Notes: generated by a model not told the origin, from the letters alone. Positions 8,171 through 18,190 are shown, counted from the first letter of the stretch. The stretch is DNA of 64,000 bases from Abditibacterium sp. (GCA_965199495.1 CBDASK010000003.1:2400001-2464000); one strand, 5' to 3'. Numbers and translations: made by a program.

Positions 8171-10908
8171 AGCGCCGCCAATCGCCCCTGCGCGTTTTCA
8201 ATTGTCGCCGCCAATTCGGCGCGTTTGGCTTCTTCTTTGGCCACGACTTCGGCGGGCGCTTTGTCGGTGAAACCCGTGTTGCCCAGTTTCGCCGTGACTT
8301 TCGCCAAATCTTTGCGCGCGGTTTCCAATTGCTTTTCCAACTTCGCGCGCTCTTTTTCGACATCAATCAAACCTTCGAGCGGCAGCCAAATCTCGACTTC
8401 GGGCAAAGTCGCCGACAACGCATTGTCGGGGCGCGGCGCGTTGTTGTCCATAATCGAAGCCGTTTCCAGACGCGCCATTTCGGTCATGTAATTTTCGCCC
8501 TCACGCAAAGTGCGCGCGGCTTCGTCGGTAAGAGCGATAAACGTCACGTTCAAACGCTTGCCGGGCGCGATGTCGGCGCTCGCGCGCAGGTTGCGCGTGG
8601 CGCGAATCGTCTCTTGAATTAAGGCAAATTCGCGCTCGACGTTAGCAGCCACGGCGCCCGCGACGGGCCAATCGGCGCGCGCCAACAATCCGTTTGTGCC
8701 GGGCAATTGCGCCCAGATTTCTTCCGACAAAAACGGCATGAACGGATGCAACAAGCACAACGATTGCTCTGTAACGTGCGCCAGAAAGGCGGCGTGGCTG
8801 CTATCGCCTTCGCGCAGTTTGGGCTTGGAAACTTCCAGAAACCAATCGCACAGATCGTTCCAGATGAACGAATATAAAGTCGAAGCCGCGCTCTCGAATT
8901 CGTAATTATCGAACGCGCGCGTTACTTCGGCGATGGTTGTGTTCAGGCGCGACACAATCCAGCGCGAGGCCAAATCGGTCGGCATTTCGCCATTGAATGC
9001 GCGCGGCTCGAAACTGAGAACGAAGCGCGCGGCGTTCCAGATTTTGTTGGCGAAGTTGCGCGCCGATTGCATCTGCGGATAACGCTCGGTCGGTTTGCCG
9101 TCTTCGCTCGTCCATTCCAATGGCAACGGTTGCGGGTCGGCGCGGTGTTTTTCCGTCCAATCGCGCACGAATTTTTCGCCCAATTTCGTCATCGCGCCGT
9201 CCAAAAACCGCGTGTCTTGCGCGCCGCCCGCCAGTTGCAACAAACCGAAACGCGTGGCGTCGGCGCCGTAAGTTTCGATGAGTTCGAGCGGGTCAATGCC
9301 CGTGCCCGAACTTTTGCTCATGCGGCGCCCGAAGGTATCCTGAATCGTGGGATGCACAAAAACCTGACGAAACGGAATTTCCGGTTGGCCCGCATCGGTT
9401 TCGATGCAATCCAGACTCGTCGCGATCATGCGCGAAACCCACAGATGCAGAATATCGCGCCCGGTAATCAAAACTGAGGTCGGGTAAAATTGGCGCTGCA
9501 AATCGTCGGGCCAGCCCAACACGGCGAACGGCCACAACGCCGACGAAAACCATGTATCCAAAACATCTTCGTCCTGCGCCCAACCTTCGCCCGCAATCGG
9601 TTCGAGCGAGCAAACGGTTTCGCCGTTTGGCCCATACCAAATCGGGATGCGATGGCCCCACCACAACTGCCGCGAAATGCACCAATCGCGAATGTTATCG
9701 AGCCAATCCAAACTCGTATCGGCGAAGCGCGGTGGCACATATTCCACGCGATTCATCCGAATCGCATCAGCCACGGGCCGCGCCAACTCTTTCATCGCGA
9801 CAAACCATTGCTCGCTCAAAAGCGGCTCGATAACAACGCCGGTGCGCGAACAGTGCGGCACGGTGTGGGTAATCGGCTCGATTTTCTCGACGAGATTCTG
9901 CGCGCGTAAATCTTCGACAACGCGGCGGCGCGCTTCGGCAGTTTTGAGTCCGGCATAGGCGCCGCCGTTTTCGGTAATTTCGTCGTGAAAACCGATGACC
10001 GAAACCATCGCCAAACCGTGGCGCTGGCCGATTTCGTAATCGTTGACATCGTGCGCGGGCGTCACTTTAAGCGCGCCGGTGCCAAATTCCGACGCGACAT
10101 ATTCATCGAAAATAATGGGAATCGGGCGATTCATCAACGGCAAAATCACGTTCTTCCCGCGCAAATGCGCGTAACGCGCATCATCGGGATGAACAGCCAC
10201 GGCGGTGTCGCCCATCATGGTTTCGGGGCGCGTCGTGGCGACGGTGACGAATTCGCCGGGCGCATTTTCGACCGGATATTTGATATACGTCAGCGTGCCG
10301 CTCACTTCGCGCGGCTCGATTTCCTGATCCGAAATCATCGTCTGCGCGCCGCTCGACCAGTTGCCCAAACGCGTGCCGCGATAAATCAAACCGCGCTCAA
10401 ACCAGTCTTTGAAAACGGTTAAAACCGCTTGGACGTAATTTTCGTCCATCGTGAAACGCTCGCGCTCCCAATCGTAGGAACAACCGAGCGCGTGCATCTG
10501 CTCGATAATTGTGGCGCCGTATTGATTTTTCCAATCGTAAACGCGCGCGACGAATTCCTCGCGGCCCAACTCTTGGCGCGAGGTGCCTTGATTGCGCAGC
10601 AACGTTTCGACTTTGACCTGCGTGGCGATGCCCGCGTGATCGGTGCCGGGCACGACCAAAGTCGGCTCGCCCTTCATGCGATGATAGCGCGCCAGACAAT
10701 CGTGAATCGCGTGTTGGAGGGCGTGGCCCAGATGCAAAACGCCCGTCACATTGGGCGGCGGAATCGTCACCACAAACGGTGGCTGGTTCGTCGTGGCTGC
10801 ATCGGCGGGCTGGCCGATTTTTTCTTCGAGCCAGATTTGGCTCCACTTGGTTTCGACGGGTTGCGGATCGAAGGCCGTGGCCATCGCGCTGGTATTTTCG
10901 GCGGACAT
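8167..10908 (-). CDS. valS: valine--tRNA ligase
   Basis: PPPNVTGVLHLGH, ATTRPET, DWCISRQLWWGH, RMSKS, C-terminal coiled coil; start could be 10941, 10908 or 10884. Confidence 0.97.
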   Translation of the reverse strand: MSAENTSAMATAFDPQPVETKWSQIWLEEKIGQPADAATTNQPPFVVTIPPPNVTGVLHLGHALQHAIHDCLARYHRMKGEPTLVVPGTDHAGIATQVKVETLLRNQGTSRQELGREEFVARVYDWKNQYGATIIEQMHALGCSYDWERERFTMDENYVQAVLTVFKDWFERGLIYRGTRLGNWSSGAQTMISDQEIEPREVSGTLTYIKYPVENAPGEFVTVATTRPETMMGDTAVAVHPDDARYAHLRGKNVILPLMNRPIPIIFDEYVASEFGTGALKVTPAHDVNDYEIGQRHGLAMVSVIGFHDEITENGGAYAGLKTAEARRRVVEDLRAQNLVEKIEPITHTVPHCSRTGVVIEPLLSEQWFVAMKELARPVADAIRMNRVEYVPPRFADTSLDWLDNIRDWCISRQLWWGHRIPIWYGPNGETVCSLEPIAGEGWAQDEDVLDTWFSSALWPFAVLGWPDDLQRQFYPTSVLITGRDILHLWVSRMIATSLDCIETDAGQPEIPFRQVFVHPTIQDTFGRRMSKSSGTGIDPLELIETYGADATRFGLLQLAGGAQDTRFLDGAMTKLGEKFVRDWTEKHRADPQPLPLEWTSEDGKPTERYPQMQSARNFANKIWNAARFVLSFEPRAFNGEMPTDLASRWIVSRLNTTIAEVTRAFDNYEFESAASTLYSFIWNDLCDWFLEVSKPKLREGDSSHAAFLAHVTEQSLCLLHPFMPFLSEEIWAQLPGTNGLLARADWPVAGAVAANVEREFALIQETIRATRNLRASADIAPGKRLNVTFIALTDEAARTLREGENYMTEMARLETASIMDNNAPRPDNALSATLPEVEIWLPLEGLIDVEKERAKLEKQLETARKDLAKVTAKLGNTGFTDKAPAEVVAKEEAKRAELAATIENAQGRLAAL

Positions 10909-10959
10909 AATGTGCGCTAAAAGTCTAACGGGCGCGCGCATTTGGTTTCGTGCCTAAAA

Positions 10960-11070
10960 ATCACGTTTTGTGGACACGTCGAATTATCATGCACAGATAG
11001 CGCGCATTTCGTGATCACGTTTTGTGGACGTGGGCACAAAACCGCGCTTTCTTACTCACGTTTTATGAGC
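10960..11070. repeat. short direct repeats upstream of valS
   Basis: ATCACGTTTTGTGGAC at 10960 and 11014; degenerate TCACGTTTTATG at 11056. Confidence 0.7.
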
Positions 11071-11093
11071 AATAATCTCAATTATGATTGCTT

Positions 11094-11217
11094 AAAAAAC
11101 GTCACGCAGAGACCGCAAAGCCGCAGAGAAATCAAAAATTAAAGATTAAGAGAATAGAGACTCATTCAAAAATATTCGTTCTCTCTGCGCACCAACGTTC
11201 TCTGCGTGACGTTTTTT
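11094..11217. repeat. palindrome, CGCAGAG-type
   Basis: AAAAAACGTCACGCAGAGA ... TCTCTGCGTGACGTTTTTT outer arms with degenerate inner arms. Confidence 0.8.
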
Positions 11218-11298
11218 CTATCGAAATCGCGTTATCAAGTCAAAGATTTCTGCGCTATCAAATGTTGTTTTGAGCCGGGTATTCTCTTGAGCGAGAAC

Positions 11299-12108
11299 TT
11301 ATTTCGCTAAAGCCACGCGCGTATTGGTGGATGTCGAAGGTTTCCAGTTGCGCGCCATATCGCGCTCGAAATACAATTGCACGCGCGCCAGCATAATTCC
11401 GTTATTATACGTCCAAATTGCGGTTTGTCCGCCGTCAATCGGCGTTTTGTCGGTGTAAGTCAACACCGGTTTGCCGTCCATCGAAGCGATGATCTGGTCG
11501 CCGACTTTGTCCAAACGCGCATACCACCAGCGGCGATGAATGTTATCGTTGTCGGGTTTGCCATCGGTGAGGCTCGGCAAAAGTGCTTCGGGTTTTTCGC
11601 TGCGCGCCACGACCTCGCCGTCTTTCATCAACAGCGAGCAGGTATTATCTTGCGCGCCCGCAATAAACACATAACCCGAACCCAGATTGGTGCCATCGCC
11701 GCAAATCGTCAAGGCGACGTTCGATGGATATTCCGGCCACTGCGGAACATTGAGTCCCATTTTAAACGCGAAATACATCTGCGCCGATTGGTCGCCGCCG
11801 ACTTTGCGCTTGTTCCAGATCGCCGCGACTTCGTCGGAGCGTCCGCCAAACCAGCTCCAGCCGGGCGAACAGCTCCAGCGATTGGTCATTTCCCACACGC
11901 CCGCCGCCACGCGCCAATCCACCGGCGCCGTCGAAAAGGTGTAATCGTAAACGTGTTTGGAATTGACCGAAACATCTTTTAAATCGAACGACGCGCCCGA
12001 CAACGCCAACGTCGGCGCTTTACCAGTTGGCAACGCGGCAGGCACAGTCGTCGGAGAAGCCACGGCGGCGGTGGCTGTTAGAATCGGAAGCAGAAAAAGA
12101 GCGCGCAT
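11299..12108 (-). CDS. secreted hypothetical protein (possible concanavalin-A-like beta-sandwich)
   Basis: signal peptide, Trp-rich predicted beta protein, host-like codon use. Confidence 0.7.
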   Translation of the reverse strand: MRALFLLPILTATAAVASPTTVPAALPTGKAPTLALSGASFDLKDVSVNSKHVYDYTFSTAPVDWRVAAGVWEMTNRWSCSPGWSWFGGRSDEVAAIWNKRKVGGDQSAQMYFAFKMGLNVPQWPEYPSNVALTICGDGTNLGSGYVFIAGAQDNTCSLLMKDGEVVARSEKPEALLPSLTDGKPDNDNIHRRWWYARLDKVGDQIIASMDGKPVLTYTDKTPIDGGQTAIWTYNNGIMLARVQLYFERDMARNWKPSTSTNTRVALAK

Positions 12109-12131
12109 AGTGAAAGCGAGGCGAAAAACGC

Positions 12132-12164
12132 AAAAACCCGCCGCACTTTTGGAAGCGCGGCGGG
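12132..12164 (-). terminator. rho-independent terminator after the ferredoxins
   Basis: CCCGCCGC...GCGGCGGG stem with an A-run on the left (U-tract on the minus strand). Confidence 0.6.
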
Positions 12165-12193
12165 CCTTGAGGTTTCGTCTTCAATGTGACGAA

Positions 12194-12439
12194 TTATTTG
12201 CCTTCAAAGAAGTCGGCGTTGATTTTCTCGTATTGCTTCCACTGCGCGGGCAGAGCGGAATCGTCGTAAATCGCCTCGACCGGACATTCCGGTTCGCAGG
12301 CGCCGCACGAGATGCACTCGTCGGGGTTGATATACATCTGCGGCGAATCGTCTTCGCCGTGAATGCAATCCACGGGACACACGTCCACGCACGCTTTGTC
12401 TTTGACGCCAATGCAGGGTTCTGCGATGATATAAGCCAT
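12194..12439 (-). CDS. 7Fe-type dicluster ferredoxin (FdxA-like)
   Basis: CIGVKDKACVDVCPVDCI...CISCGACEPECPV. Confidence 0.93.
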   Translation of the reverse strand: MAYIIAEPCIGVKDKACVDVCPVDCIHGEDDSPQMYINPDECISCGACEPECPVEAIYDDSALPAQWKQYEKINADFFEGK

Positions 12440-12561
12440 AGTTTAGTTTTCCTTTTCGCTTGATTTTTCAGCGAACTAACACTTACCAATATAAAACCAA
12501 ACGCGCGCTTTGTCCAAAAGTAATTCTCAATGGATGTTATTGAGTTTTCGGATGATGAGAT

Positions 12562-12801
12562 TCACCGGAAGAAATCGGCGTTGATTTTCTCATATTTTTC
12601 CCATTCGACGGGCAATTCGCCCGGCTCCACAATCGCGCCGACGGGACAAACCGGCTCGCACATTCCGCAATCGATGCACCCGTCGGGATTGATGTAGAAT
12701 TGCGGCGCGTTTTCGTCGCTGGCAATGCAATCCACAGGGCAGACTTCGACGCACGCGCCATCTTTGACGCCGATACACGGCTGGGCAATAACGTAAGGCA
12801 T
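12562..12801 (-). CDS. 7Fe-type dicluster ferredoxin, paralogue
   Basis: CIGVKDGACVEVCPVDCI...CIDCGMCEPVCPV. Confidence 0.93.
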   Translation of the reverse strand: MPYVIAQPCIGVKDGACVEVCPVDCIASDENAPQFYINPDGCIDCGMCEPVCPVGAIVEPGELPVEWEKYEKINADFFR

Positions 12802-12863
12802 AACTCTTTAAATTTTGCGCTATGGGCACTGTAAAGTCCAAGACGCAACTTCAATTCGGGCGA

Positions 12864-12902
12864 TTGATGCGAGCTTAATCAACGCGATTGGAATTATCTA
12901 TC
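12864..12902. promoter_or_regulatory. putative LysR binding boxes
   Basis: GAT-N11-ATC (12886-12902, T-N11-A) plus a TTGAT-N9-ATCAA dyad in the divergent promoter. Confidence 0.5.
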
Positions 12903-12938
12903 GCGAGTTGGAGGCGCGAAGCGTTAGAATTAACACCA

Positions 12939-13826
12939 ATGGAACTTCGACATTTGCGCTACTTTTTAGCCGTCGCCGACGCCGCGCACTTCACGCGCGC
13001 GGCGCAAAAATTGTGGGTTTCGCAGCCGACATTATCCCAACAAATCAAGCAATTGGAAGAAGAGTTGGGCGCGCCGCTTTTTCATCGCGGCGCGGGCGGC
13101 GTACAACTGACGGCGGCGGGCGAAAAGTTTCGGCCCTACGCCGAGCGCGTGTTGCACGAAATGGAAGAGGCCGTGGCTGCCATCGGCGGCGACGAAGCCG
13201 CGCCCGGCGAATCGTTGCACATTGGCGCGTTGCAGGGCGTCGCCGATTATCTGTTGCCCGCCGTTGTGGCTCGCGCGGTTGTCGAATCGAAACTGGAAAT
13301 CCGCGTTTCGACGTTTAGCGCCGACGAACTGGCTGCGATGATCAAAGACGGCGCGCTCGATTTGGCGATTGGCGATTTATCCCAAAGCAGCCACGGCGAG
13401 CCTTTGTTCGACGAAGATTTGATTTTGTGGACGCCGCCGTCGCATCGCTTGAGCGGCGCGCGCGCGCGCTTCGGCGATTTGGAAAACGTGCCGCTTTTTT
13501 GCATCGGCGCGCCTTCGCCGCTCCGCGAACTGTTGGACGATGGCGCGCAGCGCGCCGGAATTACCCTCCGCGCGGTCGGCGAATTCGCCAGTCTGGGCGC
13601 CGTGGCTGCTGCCGCGCAGATGGCGAAAGTGCCCGCGATTTTGCCCGCGCCGATGCTACGCTCGTTTTCGCACGCGCAAGGTTGGAACGCCGTCGCGCTG
13701 ACCAACCCGCGCCCGCACCGCACGATTGCGCTGTTGCGCCCGAAAAGTCGCAACGAAAACCCGGCGTCGCGGGTTTTGGTCGCGCATTTAAACGCCGTCG
13801 TGGGCGAATTGTTGAAGCCGGAGTGA
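12939..13826 (+). CDS. LysR-family regulator (CynR-like)
   Basis: MELRHLRYFLAVA...HFTRAAQKLWVSQPTLSQQIKQLEEELG. Confidence 0.93.
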   Translation: MELRHLRYFLAVADAAHFTRAAQKLWVSQPTLSQQIKQLEEELGAPLFHRGAGGVQLTAAGEKFRPYAERVLHEMEEAVAAIGGDEAAPGESLHIGALQGVADYLLPAVVARAVVESKLEIRVSTFSADELAAMIKDGALDLAIGDLSQSSHGEPLFDEDLILWTPPSHRLSGARARFGDLENVPLFCIGAPSPLRELLDDGAQRAGITLRAVGEFASLGAVAAAAQMAKVPAILPAPMLRSFSHAQGWNAVALTNPRPHRTIALLRPKSRNENPASRVLVAHLNAVVGELLKPE

Positions 13827-13829
13827 AAG

Positions 13830-14567
13830 TTAATCGAGTTTGTCGAGAACGTGAGTTTCAAACCAACGCGGCGGAGACTGGGTTTTCAAATCGGACAATT
13901 GCCCGTTATCGAACTCGGCGACAAATTCGAGTTTGCGACCAGAGTTATCGAAACAGAGGCGCGATTAGCGACGGTTATTGCGTCGAAAAGCAGGCCCAGA
14001 GAACGATAATAACGCGCGATGATTTTGTCGGTGGGAACATCGTGGCCGCCTTTGCGCACGCGTCGGGCGACGCGGTCGATGTTGATCTCAGTCTCTTGAG
14101 TTGCGACGAAATAAAGGTAAGTGCGAAAGCCTGAATTTCGCGCGTCTCTGCAAGAAGTCAACTTTGTCGGGCGAACTCATCACGGTCTCGAAAGTGAAAG
14201 AGCGATGCTGTGCCACGAACTTACGGCGCACGAAATCGGCGATGACCGAGGCGAAATAAGAATTGATTTCGTCGCGGGCGAAGTAAAGTCGGTTTTCTCG
14301 AAACGGGAGATCGCTCGCTCGTTCGAGCAAGTTGGCCTTGTCCAGGAGCGTGGAACCAGAGAAAAAGTCGCGCACTTCCATTTCCTCGACCGCAAGTTGC
14401 CAATTCGTAAAATCGAAGTAACCTTCGGTGCGAATAGAGGCTTCGATATCGTCGGCATTGAGATAATTTTCTAACAGACCGGGACGCAGCATCGCTTTCG
14501 CCGTGCTTTTTCCCGAACCGTTTGGCCCGGCTATCATGCGCAAACGCGGCGTTTCAAGCGCGGTCAC
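13830..14567 (-). pseudogene. zeta-toxin-like P-loop ATPase with two frameshifts
   Basis: AGPNGSGKST, NADDI, SFTFETVMS in frame 1; GFRTYLYFVAT...RVARRVRKGGHDVP in a shifted frame; FDNSG...stop at 13830 back in frame 1. Confidence 0.85.
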
Positions 14568-14788
14568 GAGATTTCTGCCTTGCGCCCAATTTGGTTTCTG
14601 GGTTCGAGTCTTTTCACAACGCGTTTGCTTCCATCGGGAAATTGCTCGATAAGCTCGTCGCCCTCGACCTGCAACACGCTTTCGCCATCGGCCAGCGCGT
14701 CGTTATAGGCGACGGTAATCGCCGCCGCCATTAAATCAGGAATTTGCTGCTCCAGAAAATCGAGTGTTTTGTCATCCAGTTTTTTCAC
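14564..14788 (-). CDS. small hypothetical protein, putative antitoxin partner
   Basis: 74 aa; 4-bp overlaps with dop and with the ATPase; GESVLQVEGDELIEQFPDGSKRVVK. Confidence 0.65.
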   Translation of the reverse strand: MKKLDDKTLDFLEQQIPDLMAAAITVAYNDALADGESVLQVEGDELIEQFPDGSKRVVKRLEPRNQIGRKAEIS

Positions 14789-16287
14789 GATTCATCTCCC
14801 GCGATAATCTCGCCCGCCGCGCGCAAGTTCGGCGCATCGGCCAAGCGAGCAGCCACGGCGACGAAGTCGGCGTTTTCGGGCAGCACGAAACGAAAGCCGC
14901 CCTGCGCATCTTCGCCCTCGACGGCGCCCCACGAAATCGATTTGATTTCCGAATTAAACCGCGTCAACGCGCCGCGCAAAAGCGCGCGCGAAGTCGTCGG
15001 CGCCTGCGTTCTAGCGGTTTCGATTTCTTCGTCGGAAACCAAACGTCGCATCGCGCCCGCTTCGACCAAAGCGTGATACAAACCTTCTTCGGGATCAACG
15101 TTGGAATAGGCCAAATCCAAACTTTGCAGAAACGTTTGGTCATCTTTCCAGCTTAATTCTTCGGATTCGACGAACTGATCTAACAACGATTTTTTCGCTA
15201 CCCAATCGCAGCGGTCGGCCATTTCCATCGGGTCGCGTTCGAGCGTGTCCAAAGCCTCGGCCCATTCGCCCAGAACCCATTCGGAACCGGGCAAATTCAA
15301 TTCGCAAACGCCTTTCAAATAAGCGCGCTGAACGTCAATGGCGCTGACAGAATCGCCCGATTTGGTTTCGATTTGCCAATTATAAGATTGGTCGCGCGAA
15401 ATCTGCTTGATCGCTTTGACTGGATCGCACAGTTCAATCGGGCAGTTCCAGCCGCTTTCGATGAGCGCGGCGACCAAATTGGTGGTGCCGCCGCGCAAGG
15501 CAATCGCCCATTCGCTCAAATTGGCGTCGCCCGCGATGACGTGCAAACGGCGAAAGCGCCGCGCGTCGCCGTGTGGTTCATCGCGCGTGTTGACGAGCGG
15601 ACGATTGCTCAAAGTGTCAACCGATTGCAAAACCTGAAAGAAATCGGCGCGCTGCGACAATTGATAATCGCATTCGACGCCGCGCTCTTCGCAGCCGACT
15701 TTACCGGTGCCGCAGAAGATGATGCGCGTCGCCAGAAACGGCGCCAGATTGCGCGTCACGTCTTCCCAACTGACGTTGCGCTGAATCAGATAGCTCTCGT
15801 GCGAGCCATACGACGCGCCATGAAAATCGGTGTTGTTTTTCCAAATCTCAACTTTCTTGCCGCATTTCTCGCTATACAATTGCGCGCACTGCAAAACGAT
15901 GCGCTCGCCCGCTTTATCGTGCGCCACCAGCGCGCGCAAATCGCCACATTCGGGCGTGGCGTATTCGGGATGGCCGTGATCGTTATATAAGCGCGCGCCA
16001 TTCGTCAAAACGTGGTCGCAGCGATCTTCCTGGGGCGAATGGGCGCGCTCGCCGGGTCGGTCGAATTGGGCGTCCACGGTGTCAACGGTTAATTTGTCAA
16101 CGTGAAAACCGCGCTGATCGTTGCGCGGGTCTTCGGCGCGATAGTTCCACGGAGCGGCGAAGGGCAACCCGGTTTCGTCGTAGGCTTTGACGACTTCGCG
16201 CGAGGCTTTAATTAAATCGGAGGCGTCGCCGCCTTCTATGGTGATGCCGTATTCGGTCTCGAACCCGAAAAAGGGATTAAAATTCAT
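14785..16287 (-). CDS. dop: Pup deamidase/depupylase Dop (PafA2 family)
   Basis: GFETEYGI, NGARLYNDHGHPEYATPEC, KNNTD..GASYGSHE, SQRADFF, RPLVNTRDEPH, RRLHVIAGDAN. Confidence 0.9.
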   Translation of the reverse strand: MNFNPFFGFETEYGITIEGGDASDLIKASREVVKAYDETGLPFAAPWNYRAEDPRNDQRGFHVDKLTVDTVDAQFDRPGERAHSPQEDRCDHVLTNGARLYNDHGHPEYATPECGDLRALVAHDKAGERIVLQCAQLYSEKCGKKVEIWKNNTDFHGASYGSHESYLIQRNVSWEDVTRNLAPFLATRIIFCGTGKVGCEERGVECDYQLSQRADFFQVLQSVDTLSNRPLVNTRDEPHGDARRFRRLHVIAGDANLSEWAIALRGGTTNLVAALIESGWNCPIELCDPVKAIKQISRDQSYNWQIETKSGDSVSAIDVQRAYLKGVCELNLPGSEWVLGEWAEALDTLERDPMEMADRCDWVAKKSLLDQFVESEELSWKDDQTFLQSLDLAYSNVDPEEGLYHALVEAGAMRRLVSDEEIETARTQAPTTSRALLRGALTRFNSEIKSISWGAVEGEDAQGGFRFVLPENADFVAVAARLADAPNLRAAGEIIAGDES

Positions 16288-16327
16288 GTGCGCACAGGGG
16301 ACGCGCGCGCGGGTTCGCGGTTGCGCG

Positions 16328-18190
16328 TTACAACGCCTCGACTTTCACATTTTCGACGGTTCCTTTGAGCGCATTGGGCGCCTTGTAATCGCCAACGGCG
16401 GTGATGGTATCGGCGCCGATGCTCAGTTCGTCGGTCGGTTGCGTCGTGAAAACGCCGGGCGCTGTGCCGGTGGCTGCTGTCGCGCCATTGATTATAAGCG
16501 TCATAGCGCCGTCTTTTTGCAATTGCGCGCGCAACGAAAATTGAGAGGGCGCCGCATCGGGCGCCGCCGCGATGTATAGTTTCCCGTTCTGGCGCACGCT
16601 GAAAATGAGTTTGCCGCCCTGAAGATGCAGCGCGTAACCGTTCTGGACGCCGCCCTGCGCCAGAATCACGCCGTTGTCCCCTTGCCGCGTTACGTTGCAC
16701 GAAATCGTCAACTCTTTTCCAACGATTTGCGGATCGGTCGTGGCTATTCGGCCCGGTTCGCGTTTGCCGCTGCCGGTGCGTTTGGTGAGCGAATCGCCCA
16801 GATCGGCGCGCGCGGTTTCGGCATCTTTTTGCAAACGAGCGACAATTTCGGGATACTTGTCCGAGACATCTTTGGTTTCGCCAATGTCGGCTTTCAGGTC
16901 GTAAAGTTCGGCGCGTTCGATGGTGCCCTTGTCATAAGCCACCGGCTTGCCATCGTCGCGTCCGGCGCGGCCATTGAGCGTGAAATAAGTATGCGGCAAC
17001 TGCAATTTCCAGCGCCCGTCGCCGCTCATGACGGCTTGCAGTTCGTTGTTGCCATAATAAAAATAGTAGGCTTCGTGCGGATTGACCGCGCCCTTTTCGC
17101 CGCTAATTATCGGCCATACATCGAGGCCGTCAATGCGATTTTTGGACATTGTTAGCCCCAGTTTTTTCGCCAGCGTTGGGAATAAATCGAGGTTCATCAA
17201 CATATCGTCGGACGTGGTGCCCGCCGGAATTTGCCCCGGCCAACGCATGATGCACGGCACGCGCGTGCCGCCTTCCCAGTTGGTGTGCTTGCCCTCGCGT
17301 AGCGGCAACGCCGAACCCGCGTGCGTGCCATAGCTCAGCCACGGGCCGTTGTCCGAAGCGAAAATTACGAGGGTATTTTCGTCCAAATGGTTGCGCTTCA
17401 ACGCATCCATGACTTGTCCGACCGACCAATCAATTTCCTCGATGACATCGCCGTAAATGCCGCGCTTGGAATGGCCCTTGAACTGCGCACTGGCAAACAG
17501 CGGGACGTGCGGCATATTGTGCGCGAGATACAGAAAAAACGGTTTGTCTTTGTTGGCATCAATAAAACTCACCGCGCGCTCGGTATAATCCTTGGTGAGA
17601 TGCGTCAAATCATCGGGATGCAAATCGGGATTGATGATCTTCCCATTCTCGATAAGCGGCAGCGACGGATAAGCACCGGGCGTTTCGGGATGACGCGTCC
17701 ACATATCGTGCGAGTAGGGGATGCCGTAATATTGGTCGAATCCGCGTTTGGTCGGCAAAAACTGCGGCGCATCGCCCAGATGCCATTTGCCCATCATTCC
17801 GGTCGCGTAACCCTGATTTTTGAACATCTGCGCGAGCGTCAATTCGTTCTCGTTGATGCCGATTTTGCTGTGCGGCCCCAAAGCGCCCTGAAAGCCGATG
17901 CGATTGGGATAACAACCCGTCAGCAACGAGGCGCGCGACGCGGTGCAAATCGGTTGCGACACATGAAAATCGGTGAAGCGCCGTCCCTCGCGCGCCAGTT
18001 GATCGAGGTTGGGCGTCGTCAAACCCTGCGCGCCAAAACTCCCGACATCCGCGTAACCTTGATCGTCGGTATAGATAATAACGACATTGGCCGGGCGCGG
18101 CGCGGCGTGCGCGGTTTGGGCGGCGGAAAGCGACAACAGCGCCGTGGCTGCTATCGCCGCGTTGGTCGAGTTGAGTTTCGGGATTTTCAT
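16328..18190 (-). CDS. secreted sulfatase with C-terminal LamG-like domain
   Basis: DDQGY, CTASR, GKWHLG, SDNG; GVILAQGG tail domain. Confidence 0.93.
   Translation of the reverse strand: MKIPKLNSTNAAIAATALLSLSAAQTAHAAPRPANVVIIYTDDQGYADVGSFGAQGLTTPNLDQLAREGRRFTDFHVSQPICTASRASLLTGCYPNRIGFQGALGPHSKIGINENELTLAQMFKNQGYATGMMGKWHLGDAPQFLPTKRGFDQYYGIPYSHDMWTRHPETPGAYPSLPLIENGKIINPDLHPDDLTHLTKDYTERAVSFIDANKDKPFFLYLAHNMPHVPLFASAQFKGHSKRGIYGDVIEEIDWSVGQVMDALKRNHLDENTLVIFASDNGPWLSYGTHAGSALPLREGKHTNWEGGTRVPCIMRWPGQIPAGTTSDDMLMNLDLFPTLAKKLGLTMSKNRIDGLDVWPIISGEKGAVNPHEAYYFYYGNNELQAVMSGDGRWKLQLPHTYFTLNGRAGRDDGKPVAYDKGTIERAELYDLKADIGETKDVSDKYPEIVARLQKDAETARADLGDSLTKRTGSGKREPGRIATTDPQIVGKELTISCNVTRQGDNGVILAQGGVQNGYALHLQGGKLIFSVRQNGKLYIAAAPDAAPSQFSLRAQLQKDGAMTLIINGATAATGTAPGVFTTQPTDELSIGADTITAVGDYKAPNALKGTVENVKVEAL

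Noticed and set aside
10942..11290. T-box riboswitch upstream of valS
   Set aside because: No recognisable T-box antiterminator sequence on the minus strand.
14564..14788. 74-aa gene after dop as Pup/UBact
   Set aside because: It ends GRKAEIS, with no GGE/GGQ-type C-terminus, and it is coupled to the zeta-like ATPase.
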